A stretch of 61,323 bases of DNA from an uncultured Gammaproteobacteria bacterium (GTDB taxonomy: Bacteria; Patescibacteriota; Microgenomatia; Levybacterales; GWA1-39-11), in NCBI GenBank assembly GCA_964485575.1, contig CAZAJO010000007.1, positions 1 through 61,323 on the forward strand, in the 5' to 3' direction. The notes beneath the pieces were generated by a model. It did not search any database, was not told the origin of the DNA, and saw only the letters and a program-made list of their open reading frames with translations. The translations under genes and the position numbers were made by a program. Shown one piece after another: positions 1 through 9,507 of the stretch (position 1 is its first letter; each line of letters starts with the position of its first letter).

Positions 1-1287
<1,287 letters not shown>

Positions 1288-1386
1288 AATTAAACTCTCA
1301 GGCCATCCAGCAATGGAAGGACTAAGTTAATTAGTCTTTCCTGCCACTTTTCAAGCGTCTAATTGTTCACTTATTAAATACAGAAA

Positions 1387-1412
1387 CCTCGCAACACATG
1401 CGGGGTTTTTTT
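1387..1412 (+). terminator. Intrinsic terminator-like hairpin ~100 nt after the 16S 3' end
   Basis: CCTCGCA-acaca-TGCGGGG (one G.U pair) followed by TTTTTTT. Confidence 0.6.
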
Positions 1413-1443
1413 GTGGAAAAAATGGGGGGGGTGTCTGTTTGGG

Positions 1444-1515
1444 TGGGCGCACATGGGATCGAACCATGGACCTCGTTCTTATCAGGAACGCGCTCTACCA
1501 CTGAGCCATGCGCCC
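1444..1515 (-). tRNA. tRNA-Ile (anticodon GAU)
   Basis: Cloverleaf drawn by hand on the reverse complement. Acceptor GGGCGCA/TGCGCCC, D stem GCTC/GAGC, anticodon stem CGTTC/GAACG with loop CTGATAA, T arm CATGG-TTCGATC-CCATG. 72 nt, no encoded CCA. Confidence 0.9.
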
Positions 1516-1592
1516 AACTCACACAATAGACAATTATATCAAAATTGCCTCAAAAGAGCCACACATTTTATTTTGATGATTTCATCCCTCCG

Positions 1593-1622
1593 TTGACTTT
1601 ATCTTTACATAACTTCTAAACT
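1593..1622 (+). promoter_or_regulatory. Sigma70-like promoter TTGACT-N18-TAAACT, only 6 nt before GTG 1629
   Basis: TTGACT at 1593-1598 and TAAACT at 1617-1622. The string TAAACTAAAT..GTG recurs at 35578-35592. Confidence 0.45.
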
Positions 1623-1628
1623 AAATAG

Positions 1629-3752
1629 GTGGAAGATCAATTACCTACTCAACCGGAGGTATCTGTAGTAGAAGAGACTACTTCTGGTAATACTCGCAGA
1701 AACATTTCATTGGCAGCAGCTTTTCTGACCATGCTTCTTCTGATAATTGCTGGTGCAGTATTTGGAGTCCAAAAGATTCAGGAAACAAAGAAAAGCGAGT
1801 CACCAAAAGAACAATTTAAATCCCTCACAAAAAGCACTATCGTATATGGATATTGGACAAATAAGTCATCTGTCATCAGAGCGTTTGACCTTTCCTCCGG
1901 GAGTGAGGCTACTATCGCAGATCTTGGAAAGAATATAAAGCATGTCAGAGTCATCAACAATCATACTATCTCCTATATCAAAGACACTGACGCTCATGAT
2001 TATGGGAAAGAGCTAGTGATTAGAGACATAGAACAGAATATAGATAAAAAAGTGATTGCCGCCGATTCCAATTTTGGCATAGATGACTATACAGTTTCAC
2101 CAAATGGTGATTTTTTTGCTGTATGGATGGTAGGAGATGGTTCAGGTAATCAATTTTTTGGTTCCCCATCAAGAGTCTATACGATAAATATTTCAAACAA
2201 TGAACATCATCTTATCTACGACGAGACTTCTGCAAAGTCATATCCTGTTCATTACCCAATTGCAATTTTGGACAACGGTAAATTATTGACTGACCAATTT
2301 GTTCCAAATTCAGGGGCAGGATGGGGTTACGGTATGAGTGTTTCTGACTTTGACGGGGTTGTTAGAAGTGATATTACTACTATGAAAAATGGAACATATA
2401 GCACGCAGCCAGCTGAGAGTCCTGACGGAAAATACTTGGGATTTGCTGGATATTCAGGAACAGATGGAACAATTTTAGTTGATGGATTCAGGAAGGCACT
2501 GACTGTTCCTGATACGGTTGAAATCATTGATACACAAACGCTTCTAAGAAAAAAAATAGCAACAGGGTTATCAGGAGCATTATATTCTTCCGTAGCATGG
2601 GATCATTTGACAGGCAACCTGCTTTTTCATTCTATACAAAGAAAAACTGATTCAATTATTAGTGCTACATTTTCTTATTCACCGAGTTTGGCGCTCGTTA
2701 CGAAATTAACCGAAAATCCAGCTCTCGATTTTTTTGCTGATCTTGATGATGGAAAAATGTTGATGGGGCAGAAATTTCAGGATACTTCGGGAGTTGGAAA
2801 TCTGGGATCATCTTACAATCAATCAGTAAATAAATTTTACGTTGTTGATAAGAGTACCTTTGAACAAAGTGCAATTCCTATCGGAATTGCTCCGATACAG
2901 TTCATCGCGTTAAAACCTGCTGGATATTTCCCTATCGTTGAAAAAAATGGAAAGGATTCTAAAAATGATTCTCAAAGACTGAGTCTCCAAACATTTGAAA
3001 TAAAACCATCATTGGCGCCTCAACGAACAAACCAGCAAAGTGATCCGCCACCACTAAGACCTGAGTCACCCACAACACCGGTAGACTTGCCACTTTGCAG
3101 AACAATAACGTACCCGCAATGCAATCAATTGCTTGGAACTAATTACCCGACGGATAAAGATATAGGGGATCTTAATGACAAGGCATTTTCTGATTGCGTA
3201 TGGAAATTCCAACAGGCAGGCGAGGCTAGTTCAACATGTCTTGATAGTCCTCTATATTTGTATGGAAATCCTGGGACAAGAATCAATATTAAGGTGGATA
3301 CTTCAATTTCAAATGCAAATACTAAAGTCGTCAATAATATAATTTCGCAAACACTAGAAAAAGATGGCAACACACTTACCTTTGATTATATCTCCCGTAT
3401 TAAAAACATCTCACGTCCCGTGGGCGGATGGATTATTACGAATAAGGAAAAAGAAAGTAGTGTAGAAAAAATTGCGAAAAAGTTTGGGTTCAATCAAAAA
3501 GAAACTGAAGATGTTGTTAAATTTATCAGAAGCATCAATTCACCAAATATCCTTTTAAGTTATTTCGACCACGAAACATCCCAAAATATACTCCCTCTCT
3601 ATTTTGATCCAACACCTGATACGTATAGAAATATTGTTTTTTATGTTAAAAAACTCGTAGTATTGCCTGAACAAACTCCAAAAGAACCGACGGTAATCCC
3701 GATAAGAAGAGTAGGGTTAACAGCAATTGAAATCAGTTATTTTGTAGAATGA
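1629..3752 (+). CDS. Membrane-anchored protein with TolB/PD40-like beta-propeller repeats, function unknown
   Basis: 707-aa ORF with GTG start. It has one N-terminal TM helix (ISLAAAFLTMLLLIIAGAVFGV) and repeats such as YTVSPNGDFFAVW and AESPDGKYLGFAG typical of PD40 blades. The C-terminal half matches no family I recognise. Confidence 0.7.
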   Translation: MEDQLPTQPEVSVVEETTSGNTRRNISLAAAFLTMLLLIIAGAVFGVQKIQETKKSESPKEQFKSLTKSTIVYGYWTNKSSVIRAFDLSSGSEATIADLGKNIKHVRVINNHTISYIKDTDAHDYGKELVIRDIEQNIDKKVIAADSNFGIDDYTVSPNGDFFAVWMVGDGSGNQFFGSPSRVYTINISNNEHHLIYDETSAKSYPVHYPIAILDNGKLLTDQFVPNSGAGWGYGMSVSDFDGVVRSDITTMKNGTYSTQPAESPDGKYLGFAGYSGTDGTILVDGFRKALTVPDTVEIIDTQTLLRKKIATGLSGALYSSVAWDHLTGNLLFHSIQRKTDSIISATFSYSPSLALVTKLTENPALDFFADLDDGKMLMGQKFQDTSGVGNLGSSYNQSVNKFYVVDKSTFEQSAIPIGIAPIQFIALKPAGYFPIVEKNGKDSKNDSQRLSLQTFEIKPSLAPQRTNQQSDPPPLRPESPTTPVDLPLCRTITYPQCNQLLGTNYPTDKDIGDLNDKAFSDCVWKFQQAGEASSTCLDSPLYLYGNPGTRINIKVDTSISNANTKVVNNIISQTLEKDGNTLTFDYISRIKNISRPVGGWIITNKEKESSVEKIAKKFGFNQKETEDVVKFIRSINSPNILLSYFDHETSQNILPLYFDPTPDTYRNIVFYVKKLVVLPEQTPKEPTVIPIRRVGLTAIEISYFVE

Positions 3753-3758
3753 TAGTCC

Positions 3759-3787
3759 TTGCCAAATGATCTTGCCTTCTGTAGAAT
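3759..3787 (+). promoter_or_regulatory. Sigma70-like promoter TTGCCA-N17-TAGAAT upstream of dcd
   Basis: TTGCCA at 3759-3764 and TAGAAT at 3782-3787. Confidence 0.5.
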
Positions 3788-3818
3788 GGTTAAATAACCG
3801 CAAGCCCTACTGCCAATT

Positions 3819-4388
3819 ATGGTTTTATCCGATAGAGATATCAAAGATTATATTAAGAAGAAAAAGATTGTTATAACCCCGACTCCTGATTTCAAAACTC
3901 AGCTTGGAACCTGTTCCCTAGACCTTCGGCTCGGCACAAAATTTCGTATTTTTGATCACAGTAAGAATGCCTATCTTGATCCAACGAAAAAAGACTACAC
4001 AAATGAGATAACTACTGAGGTGAAAGTCAAAAAAGGATCCCCATTTATAATGCAGCCTGGGGATTTTGTTTTGGCTGTGACCTTAGAACGCGTAAAGATT
4101 CCCAATGACCTTTTGGGAAGGTTAGAGGGCAGATCGTCACTGGGACGCCTCGGTATTGTCGTGCACTCAACTGCAAGTATCTTTGATGCTGGTTGGGATG
4201 GGAATTGTGTATTAGAGCTTGGAAACTTAGGTAGAATGGCAGTAGCTCTGTATCCTGGCATGAGGATTTGTGCGATGGCATTTGAACAACTTTCCTCACC
4301 TGCAGAAGTTCCATATACCGCTCGCAAAGAAGCAAAATACCGATTCCAAAAAGGACCTGATGAAAGCCGCTACAATTTGGATAAATAG
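3819..4388 (+). CDS. dcd: dCTP deaminase
   Basis: 189 aa. MVLSDRDIKDYI..., ...LGRLEGRSSLGRLGI...H..A...DAGW.G...LE matches the Dcd/dUTPase-fold family pattern. Confidence 0.9.
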   Translation: MVLSDRDIKDYIKKKKIVITPTPDFKTQLGTCSLDLRLGTKFRIFDHSKNAYLDPTKKDYTNEITTEVKVKKGSPFIMQPGDFVLAVTLERVKIPNDLLGRLEGRSSLGRLGIVVHSTASIFDAGWDGNCVLELGNLGRMAVALYPGMRICAMAFEQLSSPAEVPYTARKEAKYRFQKGPDESRYNLDK

Positions 4389-4434
4389 TTAGTAGTTAGT
4401 AGTTAGTAGTTAGTAGTTAGTAGTTAGTAGTTAG
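4386..4434 (+). repeat. Heptanucleotide microsatellite (TAGTTAG)x7, starting at the dcd stop codon
   Basis: Seven perfect 7-nt units read directly, giving TAG stops in all three frames, followed by an A-run. Confidence 0.95.
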
Positions 4435-4473
4435 TAAAAAAACTATCAACTATTAACTTTTAAATAATAGATA

Positions 4474-5544
4474 TTAGAGTGCTAGCAAGAAGATTCCGGC
4501 AAGTACTACGATAAGTATTCCACCAATAACTCCAAATGTCTGAGCCAATCCGCCTGGTTTTGCGATGGTTGGCGTTGCAGTTGGGATATTTGTAGCTGTA
4601 GGTGTATTGGTAGCAGTAGCTACAGCAACTGTTGGGGATGGAGTTGGGGTAGGCGAAGGGGTTGGAGTGTTTGTAGGTGTAGGAGTTGGTTGCTGTGTGA
4701 TCACAATTACCGTTGGGGTTGGAGTTATTGGCGTTGTAGGCGTGGGACTTGGTGTTGGCGTAGGGGTGTTGGTAGGAGTTGGTGTTGGCGTCCTGGTAGG
4801 TGTAGGGGTTGGAGTATTTGTGGGTAGCGTAACGACGGTAGGGGTGACCGTTGTTGTTGATCCGCCAGCTGGCGGAGTTGTTGTAGTTGGAGTTGGTACT
4901 TCAGTTACTGATGGAGTGGGGGTTTGGGTGATCTCTGCATCCAATGTCGGTCCAAAGTCAGCAGTCCACCACCAATTTTGGCCATTTGAGTCCTGATGAC
5001 GTGCAATTCCAATGGCACGGTCAGAAGGAGTTTTCATCCCTTCGCGATGCGCATAGGTACAATTGCCGCTGCTGTCAGGATCGCACCCGTCCCTCCATGC
5101 TACAAAAACTGTTTGTGCAAGACCATTCCCTGTGACAGCCGCATTCTCGCTAGCTTGTCCTGGATAACCAAAAAAAGTAGCACGTTGTGCGGGATTTCTA
5201 TTGAGTGAGTCGATGTGACTCAATTTATGTAGTCTTGCCATGTCCTCAGCCATCCATGCAGCCGCTTTTGTGAGTGATTTTGAAGGTTTTAAAGGTTGGA
5301 GATTGAATGTAGCTCTATATTCATTAATTATTCTTACAAAGTTCCATTCTTCCTGGTCAAGCATCACATCTGTTGGAGTTGGAGTGATGGTTGTTGATGG
5401 AGTTGCAGTAACTGTTGGGGTTCCTGTTTCAGTTCCGCTTGCGCGCTGACGGTTATCCTGGTTTTGCTTTACAAGAAATGTGGTGATGCCTATTGCAGCC
5501 AACACAAAAACAATCGCTCCTATGAGGATGAATTTTTTCTTCAC
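4474..5544 (-). CDS. Surface protein with CAP/SCP (PR-1/YkwD-like) domain, PT-rich linkers and a C-terminal hydrophobic helix
   Basis: 356 aa with GTG start. N-terminal TM, then a CAP-like core (EEWNFVRIINEYRA...HKLSHIDS...ENAAV...AWRDG...). A long (T/P)n linker follows, and the C-terminus is KPGGLAQTFGVIGGILIVVLAGIFLLAL. Confidence 0.75.
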   Translation of the reverse strand: MKKKFILIGAIVFVLAAIGITTFLVKQNQDNRQRASGTETGTPTVTATPSTTITPTPTDVMLDQEEWNFVRIINEYRATFNLQPLKPSKSLTKAAAWMAEDMARLHKLSHIDSLNRNPAQRATFFGYPGQASENAAVTGNGLAQTVFVAWRDGCDPDSSGNCTYAHREGMKTPSDRAIGIARHQDSNGQNWWWTADFGPTLDAEITQTPTPSVTEVPTPTTTTPPAGGSTTTVTPTVVTLPTNTPTPTPTRTPTPTPTNTPTPTPSPTPTTPITPTPTVIVITQQPTPTPTNTPTPSPTPTPSPTVAVATATNTPTATNIPTATPTIAKPGGLAQTFGVIGGILIVVLAGIFLLAL

Positions 5545-5688
5545 AATTCATCTTAGCAAGCTATCCGGGTCCTGTCACTCCTCACCCCCATTTGCGCTCC
5601 TTCTCGCCCGCTCTAAATATCGAATATTCATAGTGATCGTTTGCTCGAAGTTCTCAATGGGGGTCCCCCAGTTGTGCCACCCGAAAAG

Positions 5689-5717
5689 TTGGAATATATG
5701 CCTATTTCTGGTAAACT
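5689..5717 (+). promoter_or_regulatory. Sigma70-like promoter TTGGAA-N17-TAAACT upstream of tRNA-Cys
   Basis: TTGGAA at 5689-5694 and TAAACT at 5712-5717, 17 nt before the tRNA 5' end. Confidence 0.5.
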
Positions 5718-5734
5718 CAAGCCTACGACCGTAA

Positions 5735-5806
5735 GGCGCGGTGGCGAAGTGGTAACGCGGGAGTCTGCAAAACTTTTATGCGAGGGTTCGATTCCCTTCC
5801 GCGCCT
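5735..5806 (+). tRNA. tRNA-Cys (anticodon GCA)
   Basis: Acceptor GGCGCGG/CCGCGCC, anticodon stem GGAGT/ACTTT with loop CTGCAAA, T arm GAGGG-TTCGATT-CCCTT. 72 nt, no encoded CCA. Confidence 0.9.
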
Positions 5807-5946
5807 CATGAGTGAGAAATATAAATACATAGAACCTCTTAAAAAGGGGGTTGCTGTGACTGAACTTATTACAAAAACAGTCTATAAATCGATAGAACCA
5901 CGGGTGAAAAGAAGAATGATAAGAAATGTGGCAAAACTTCTGAGAA

Positions 5947-6225
5947 TTACATAACTTTCGTTTCAAATATGGTTGGAGATACAGTGCTCGTAGGTGTTGG
6001 CTCTAGTGTTGGAGTTGGAGTGGGCGTAAGCGGAGCTTGCCCCTGTGCAGGGGTGGGTGTTTTGACAACAGATGTCGGCAGAACTAGTGTGGGAGTTGGT
6101 TCTGAGGCCTGTTGCCTTGTATCTTGTTGCTGGCTCATTTGAGAAATTGTAAGTGGAAGTATAAGAAGGGCAAGAGCAAGGGCTCCCACTGGTAAAAGGC
6201 TGGAATAATTCCTTTTTTTAGGCAT
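5947..6225 (-). CDS. Small membrane-anchored PT-rich protein
   Basis: Start moved to the internal ATG at 6225 (MPKKRNYSSLLPVGALALALLILPL...). GGAGGA lies ~6 nt upstream, and the start mirrors the MPKKTT start of the next gene. Confidence 0.55.
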   Translation of the reverse strand: MPKKRNYSSLLPVGALALALLILPLTISQMSQQQDTRQQASEPTPTLVLPTSVVKTPTPAQGQAPLTPTPTPTLEPTPTSTVSPTIFETKVM

Positions 6226-6331
6226 CTTTGATCCTCCCCCAGGAATAGGGTTTTGAAAATTGTCATTGAGTCCAATTTTCGGTGCCAACGGCCCCTGAAA
6301 TGAATTTTGAGGTATTTCTGCCATAGAATTC

Positions 6332-6946
6332 TTAGCGTCCACCGATTGTAGGTGAAGCAACCGGCTGACTGACAACTATCTGTAATGGAGTGCTGATGTT
6401 AAGAACCGATGCTTGGGAGCTAAATGTGGTCACAGCAGATTTTGGTAGGAACGTAATTTGTGAAAAAGTTGCCCCTGAGAATTTATTTACTGTGAAACCC
6501 AATGTTGCAATTGATCCTGAGCCTGTTTTTTCAGAATCTGTATTTGAAACTGCTATCGCGTAAGAAATTCTTCCTTGAGCAGAGTCGACGTTATTTATGA
6601 GAACGACTGGATTTGTACCAAAAAATGGATTTCTAAGAGCAGGGGTTAGAGTGACATTGGTCAAAACTTTTGGGTCATAGGACAGTTCTATCTGAGCACC
6701 ACTAACAGGTTTTCCATTAGTGTTGATCATAATATCAATTACTTGTGCCGTTGAACTTTTTGAAACGTCGACTGGATTAGTTGAAAATGACAAATCCGCA
6801 TAGGCTTTAACAACAACCGGAGATGGAGTTGGAGGAGTAGAGTTGGTATTTGTCTGAAGGGATTGATCTGATCTGACTGCTAAATAAATCAGGACACCAG
6901 TGATGATAGCTAGAATGACAATGAGTATGGTTGTTTTTTTAGGCAT
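6332..6946 (-). CDS. Membrane-anchored cohesin-like module protein
   Basis: 204 aa. N-terminal TM, then a beta-rich module (VIDIMINTNGKPVSGAQIELSYDPKVL...GRISYAIAV...GSIATLGFTV). The same pattern occurs in 7012-8304 and 15233-15925. Confidence 0.6.
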   Translation of the reverse strand: MPKKTTILIVILAIITGVLIYLAVRSDQSLQTNTNSTPPTPSPVVVKAYADLSFSTNPVDVSKSSTAQVIDIMINTNGKPVSGAQIELSYDPKVLTNVTLTPALRNPFFGTNPVVLINNVDSAQGRISYAIAVSNTDSEKTGSGSIATLGFTVNKFSGATFSQITFLPKSAVTTFSSQASVLNISTPLQIVVSQPVASPTIGGR

Positions 6947-6976
6947 ATAGAGAGTTATTAATAATATTATGGCATA

Positions 6977-7002
6977 TTAACTATCAACTTTTAACTATCA
7001 AC
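6977..7002. repeat. Direct repeat TTAACTATCAAC x2 (2-nt spacer); the core AACTATCAAC also occurs at 4441-4450
   Basis: Read directly. All three copies lie just 3' of minus-strand genes for PT-rich secreted proteins. Confidence 0.85.
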
Positions 7003-7011
7003 TATTGGTTG

Positions 7012-8304
7012 CTAGTCCCCGTTTCTGATATAAAATCCACGGGACAAAATATTAGCGTCTATGTCATCACCTTTGACAACTCCATCATCATTAAAGTCTG
7101 CCTTTTGAGCAACTGCAGTTGTGCAAGCCGCCTGTCCACGATAACATGCCTGGAACAGATTATAGTCGAGAATATCTAGGGTATTATCAGAAGTATTATT
7201 AGGTCCGGTCAAATCTCCAGAAACTAATTCTACAGCAGGTACAGTATTGTCAGGAGACAATTTGTTAATAGTAACAATACCAGGTGTACGTTTGTATAGT
7301 GTATTATCCATCTTAATTTTGACAATGTAAGAACCACTCTGAGTAGCTATCGAAGAGCCTAGACTTATATATCCATCATACCTTCCTGTTGTTGTGCTAT
7401 ACGTCAATACCCCTGTCTTTTCTGTAGTTACTGGAGTGTTTGATGAATCAAGAACAATTGCAGTAGCGACCCTTGTCGCTCTATTAGGTGCATTCTTTTC
7501 TCCCAGGTTAGTTTTAGTACCAATTCCAGGTAAAGCTAAAGAAACCTTAAGTCCTGTTTGGTCGCTGCCTATTGTTGGGATTGGGATAGGAGTCGCGGTT
7601 GGAAGTGGGGTAGGGGCGGTGGTTGGCGTTGGACTTGGAGTCGGTGTATTTGTAGGTGTTGGTGATGTAGCAACAGCTTGCGTTGGACTTGGGGCAGTTG
7701 TTGTGGTTACGGTTGGAGTAGCTGAGGAGTCAATTGGTGTTGTTATAGTGTAGGTCCCGATTATTCCATTGCTATTGGTAATAGGAACATACGTCGAGTA
7801 GGTCGCAGCTGTTGCTTTTGTTGTTGAATCCAGAAAAATCTTTGATTCCCCTGCAGCTAAGGCGGTGAATTTAAAAGTAATGACATTCAAATTATTTCCA
7901 GTGACTTTTGGATTAAGATTCGTATTGATCATTGTTGCCGCATATTTGCCGGCTCCCACTGGGGCATTGTAGATGATTTTGAGTGCAGTATCTTGTTTTA
8001 TAATGGTTGGTGCCGAAAGCTTTGCTGTATCATATCCCAACAAGAATTGAAGTGCGCCTATATCTTCATTGGGAGCAGTATTGAGTAAGAGACTAACTTC
8101 AAAAGTAGAACCGACAACAATTGGTGTTGAATTTGATTGTGGACTGAAATTCAAAGAAATTGCAGGGGCTGTGTCAGCACGTTGTCTGACGTCTTGCTGT
8201 TTGAGCACTTGATTGATAACAAATGGTAATGAGAGTGCCAGGGCAATAACTAGACCAACCATCAATTTCGGTTTACTTCTAAATATCGTCTTTATTTTTT
8301 CCAT
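7012..8304 (-). CDS. Secreted protein: cohesin-like module, PT linker, Ig-like middle region, dockerin-like C-terminus
   Basis: 430 aa with an N-terminal anchor. The cohesin-like block is FEVSLLLNTAPNEDIGALQFLLGYDTAKL...ITFKFTAL. The C-terminal two-segment Ca-loop pattern is SDNTLDILDYNLF plus ADFNDDGVVKGDDIDANIL (D-x-N-x-D-G-x5-D). Confidence 0.65.
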   Translation of the reverse strand: MEKIKTIFRSKPKLMVGLVIALALSLPFVINQVLKQQDVRQRADTAPAISLNFSPQSNSTPIVVGSTFEVSLLLNTAPNEDIGALQFLLGYDTAKLSAPTIIKQDTALKIIYNAPVGAGKYAATMINTNLNPKVTGNNLNVITFKFTALAAGESKIFLDSTTKATAATYSTYVPITNSNGIIGTYTITTPIDSSATPTVTTTTAPSPTQAVATSPTPTNTPTPSPTPTTAPTPLPTATPIPIPTIGSDQTGLKVSLALPGIGTKTNLGEKNAPNRATRVATAIVLDSSNTPVTTEKTGVLTYSTTTGRYDGYISLGSSIATQSGSYIVKIKMDNTLYKRTPGIVTINKLSPDNTVPAVELVSGDLTGPNNTSDNTLDILDYNLFQACYRGQAACTTAVAQKADFNDDGVVKGDDIDANILSRGFYIRNGD

Positions 8305-8314
8305 ATTTTATTAA

Positions 8315-9448
8315 TCAGTTATTGTCTACTTTGTCGGTTTGCTGACGGTCTGGATTTGGGATTGGTGGGCTCGTTGGTGGTGGTACATGAGTTGGTGATG
8401 GAATTGGTGTAGTTTCCCGCGTATCAATAGGTGGGGTTTGTGAAACAGGACTATTTGCTGTACGGAGGCCGTAATTTATATCTTTCCAAACCTGAAAGTC
8501 CAAAATGTTGACAGTGTTGTCTCCTGGAACAAAACATGAGGTTAAGGTTGTATTTACTTGATGAGTGTATTCTTTAAGCCACAATTCATAATCTAATCTA
8601 TTTATGTACCCATCTTTTACTGGATCACAGGATAATTGTTGTGGTGTTGAGGTTGGGGTAATAGATGGAGCGGAAGGTGGGCAAGTTTTATGAGTAGAGC
8701 AAAAATTCTGTGCTTCAAAGTCTAGTCTAAATGTATCCGTGCACTGGAAAGAGCTTGTAAATGTTTTTTGGGTTCCATCATTACAGGTAACTGTTATTGA
8801 TTTTGCTTGAGAAGAGCGGAAACAACCAGTTCTATCATAGGTCTTTGCCATGATACCGTTGGAATTACAGTTTGAAGTTGTTGGGGTTGGTCCATTGGCA
8901 GTTCCACCTTCAGTTGAGGTTGGTGTTGGTGTTCTTGTTGGGGTTGGGTTTGTTTGAGCGACGGTGGGCGTGGCCGTGGGTAATGGTTTGTTGACGCATG
9001 TATTACTACCCTTTAGGTTTGAGGGTGTTAGAACGTCACAGTAGTTTGTCGAACATTGAGAATTTTCACTACACCCACACCCGTTTGCTTTATAAGTAGC
9101 AACACTGCAATTTTGGCAAACTGCAAACCCAGATGCATAAACTGATGTTAGTCCTGTACAGCAAGCAATCTGTTGTGTCGGATCAGGGCTTTGTCCTTGA
9201 TATGCACACTCAGCACGATAGGGACGTGACCCTGTACAATACTGAGTACTTTCCAGAGCACCCGGTCCTGTGCATACACCCTGCTGCGTGCCCATAGTGT
9301 TCGCACTTGGTGGTTGCTCAACGCAGCACCTTGTATTCCCACCACAGGCGCCGGTGGTTGTACAGGTCTGTACTTGAGCTTGCGACTGAGCAACAGAAAA
9401 TACAAAAAAGAGGACAAAAAACAAGAAGACTAACAATTTCTTTCCCAT
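8315..9448 (-). CDS. Secreted Cys-rich protein (24 Cys) with dockerin-like segments and a Pro-rich tail
   Basis: Start moved to ATG 9448, giving the signal peptide MGKKLLVFLFFVLFFVFSVAQSQA. Dockerin-like segments are DPVKDGYINRLDYELWL and GDNTVNILDFQVW, the latter shared with 7012-8304. Confidence 0.6.
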   Translation of the reverse strand: MGKKLLVFLFFVLFFVFSVAQSQAQVQTCTTTGACGGNTRCCVEQPPSANTMGTQQGVCTGPGALESTQYCTGSRPYRAECAYQGQSPDPTQQIACCTGLTSVYASGFAVCQNCSVATYKANGCGCSENSQCSTNYCDVLTPSNLKGSNTCVNKPLPTATPTVAQTNPTPTRTPTPTSTEGGTANGPTPTTSNCNSNGIMAKTYDRTGCFRSSQAKSITVTCNDGTQKTFTSSFQCTDTFRLDFEAQNFCSTHKTCPPSAPSITPTSTPQQLSCDPVKDGYINRLDYELWLKEYTHQVNTTLTSCFVPGDNTVNILDFQVWKDINYGLRTANSPVSQTPPIDTRETTPIPSPTHVPPPTSPPIPNPDRQQTDKVDNN

Positions 9449-9507
9449 ACAAAATACGACGTGCAGTTTAATAGTAGTGAACTTCGGGTAGGGTGTCAAC
9501 CGGAAGA

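Noticed and set aside
1411-1596. 61-aa ORF on the plus strand, and likewise the 112-aa ORF at 5628-5966.
   Set aside because: Each overlaps a well-folding tRNA, tRNA-Ile at 1444-1515 and tRNA-Cys at 5735-5806. Neither has an RBS or a recognisable family.
4386-4434. Whether the (TAGTTAG)n tract is a CRISPR array.
   Set aside because: The 7-nt units are contiguous with no spacers, and there are no cas genes. It is a microsatellite.
4565-4996. 143-aa Gly/Val-rich ORF, and likewise the 119-aa ORF at 7394-7753.
   Set aside because: These are antisense translations of the ACN/CCN repeats that encode the Pro/Thr linkers of the real minus-strand genes, so they are a compositional artefact.
5560-5700. 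A locally GC-richer spacer containing the palindrome GGGGGTCCCCC, examined as a possible SRP RNA, RNase P RNA or tmRNA.
   Set aside because: None of the conserved cores I know was found on either strand (GGAA tetraloop with AGCA for SRP, GAGGAAAGTCC for RNase P, a tRNA-like end for tmRNA). It probably holds the promoters of the CAP-domain gene and tRNA-Cys.
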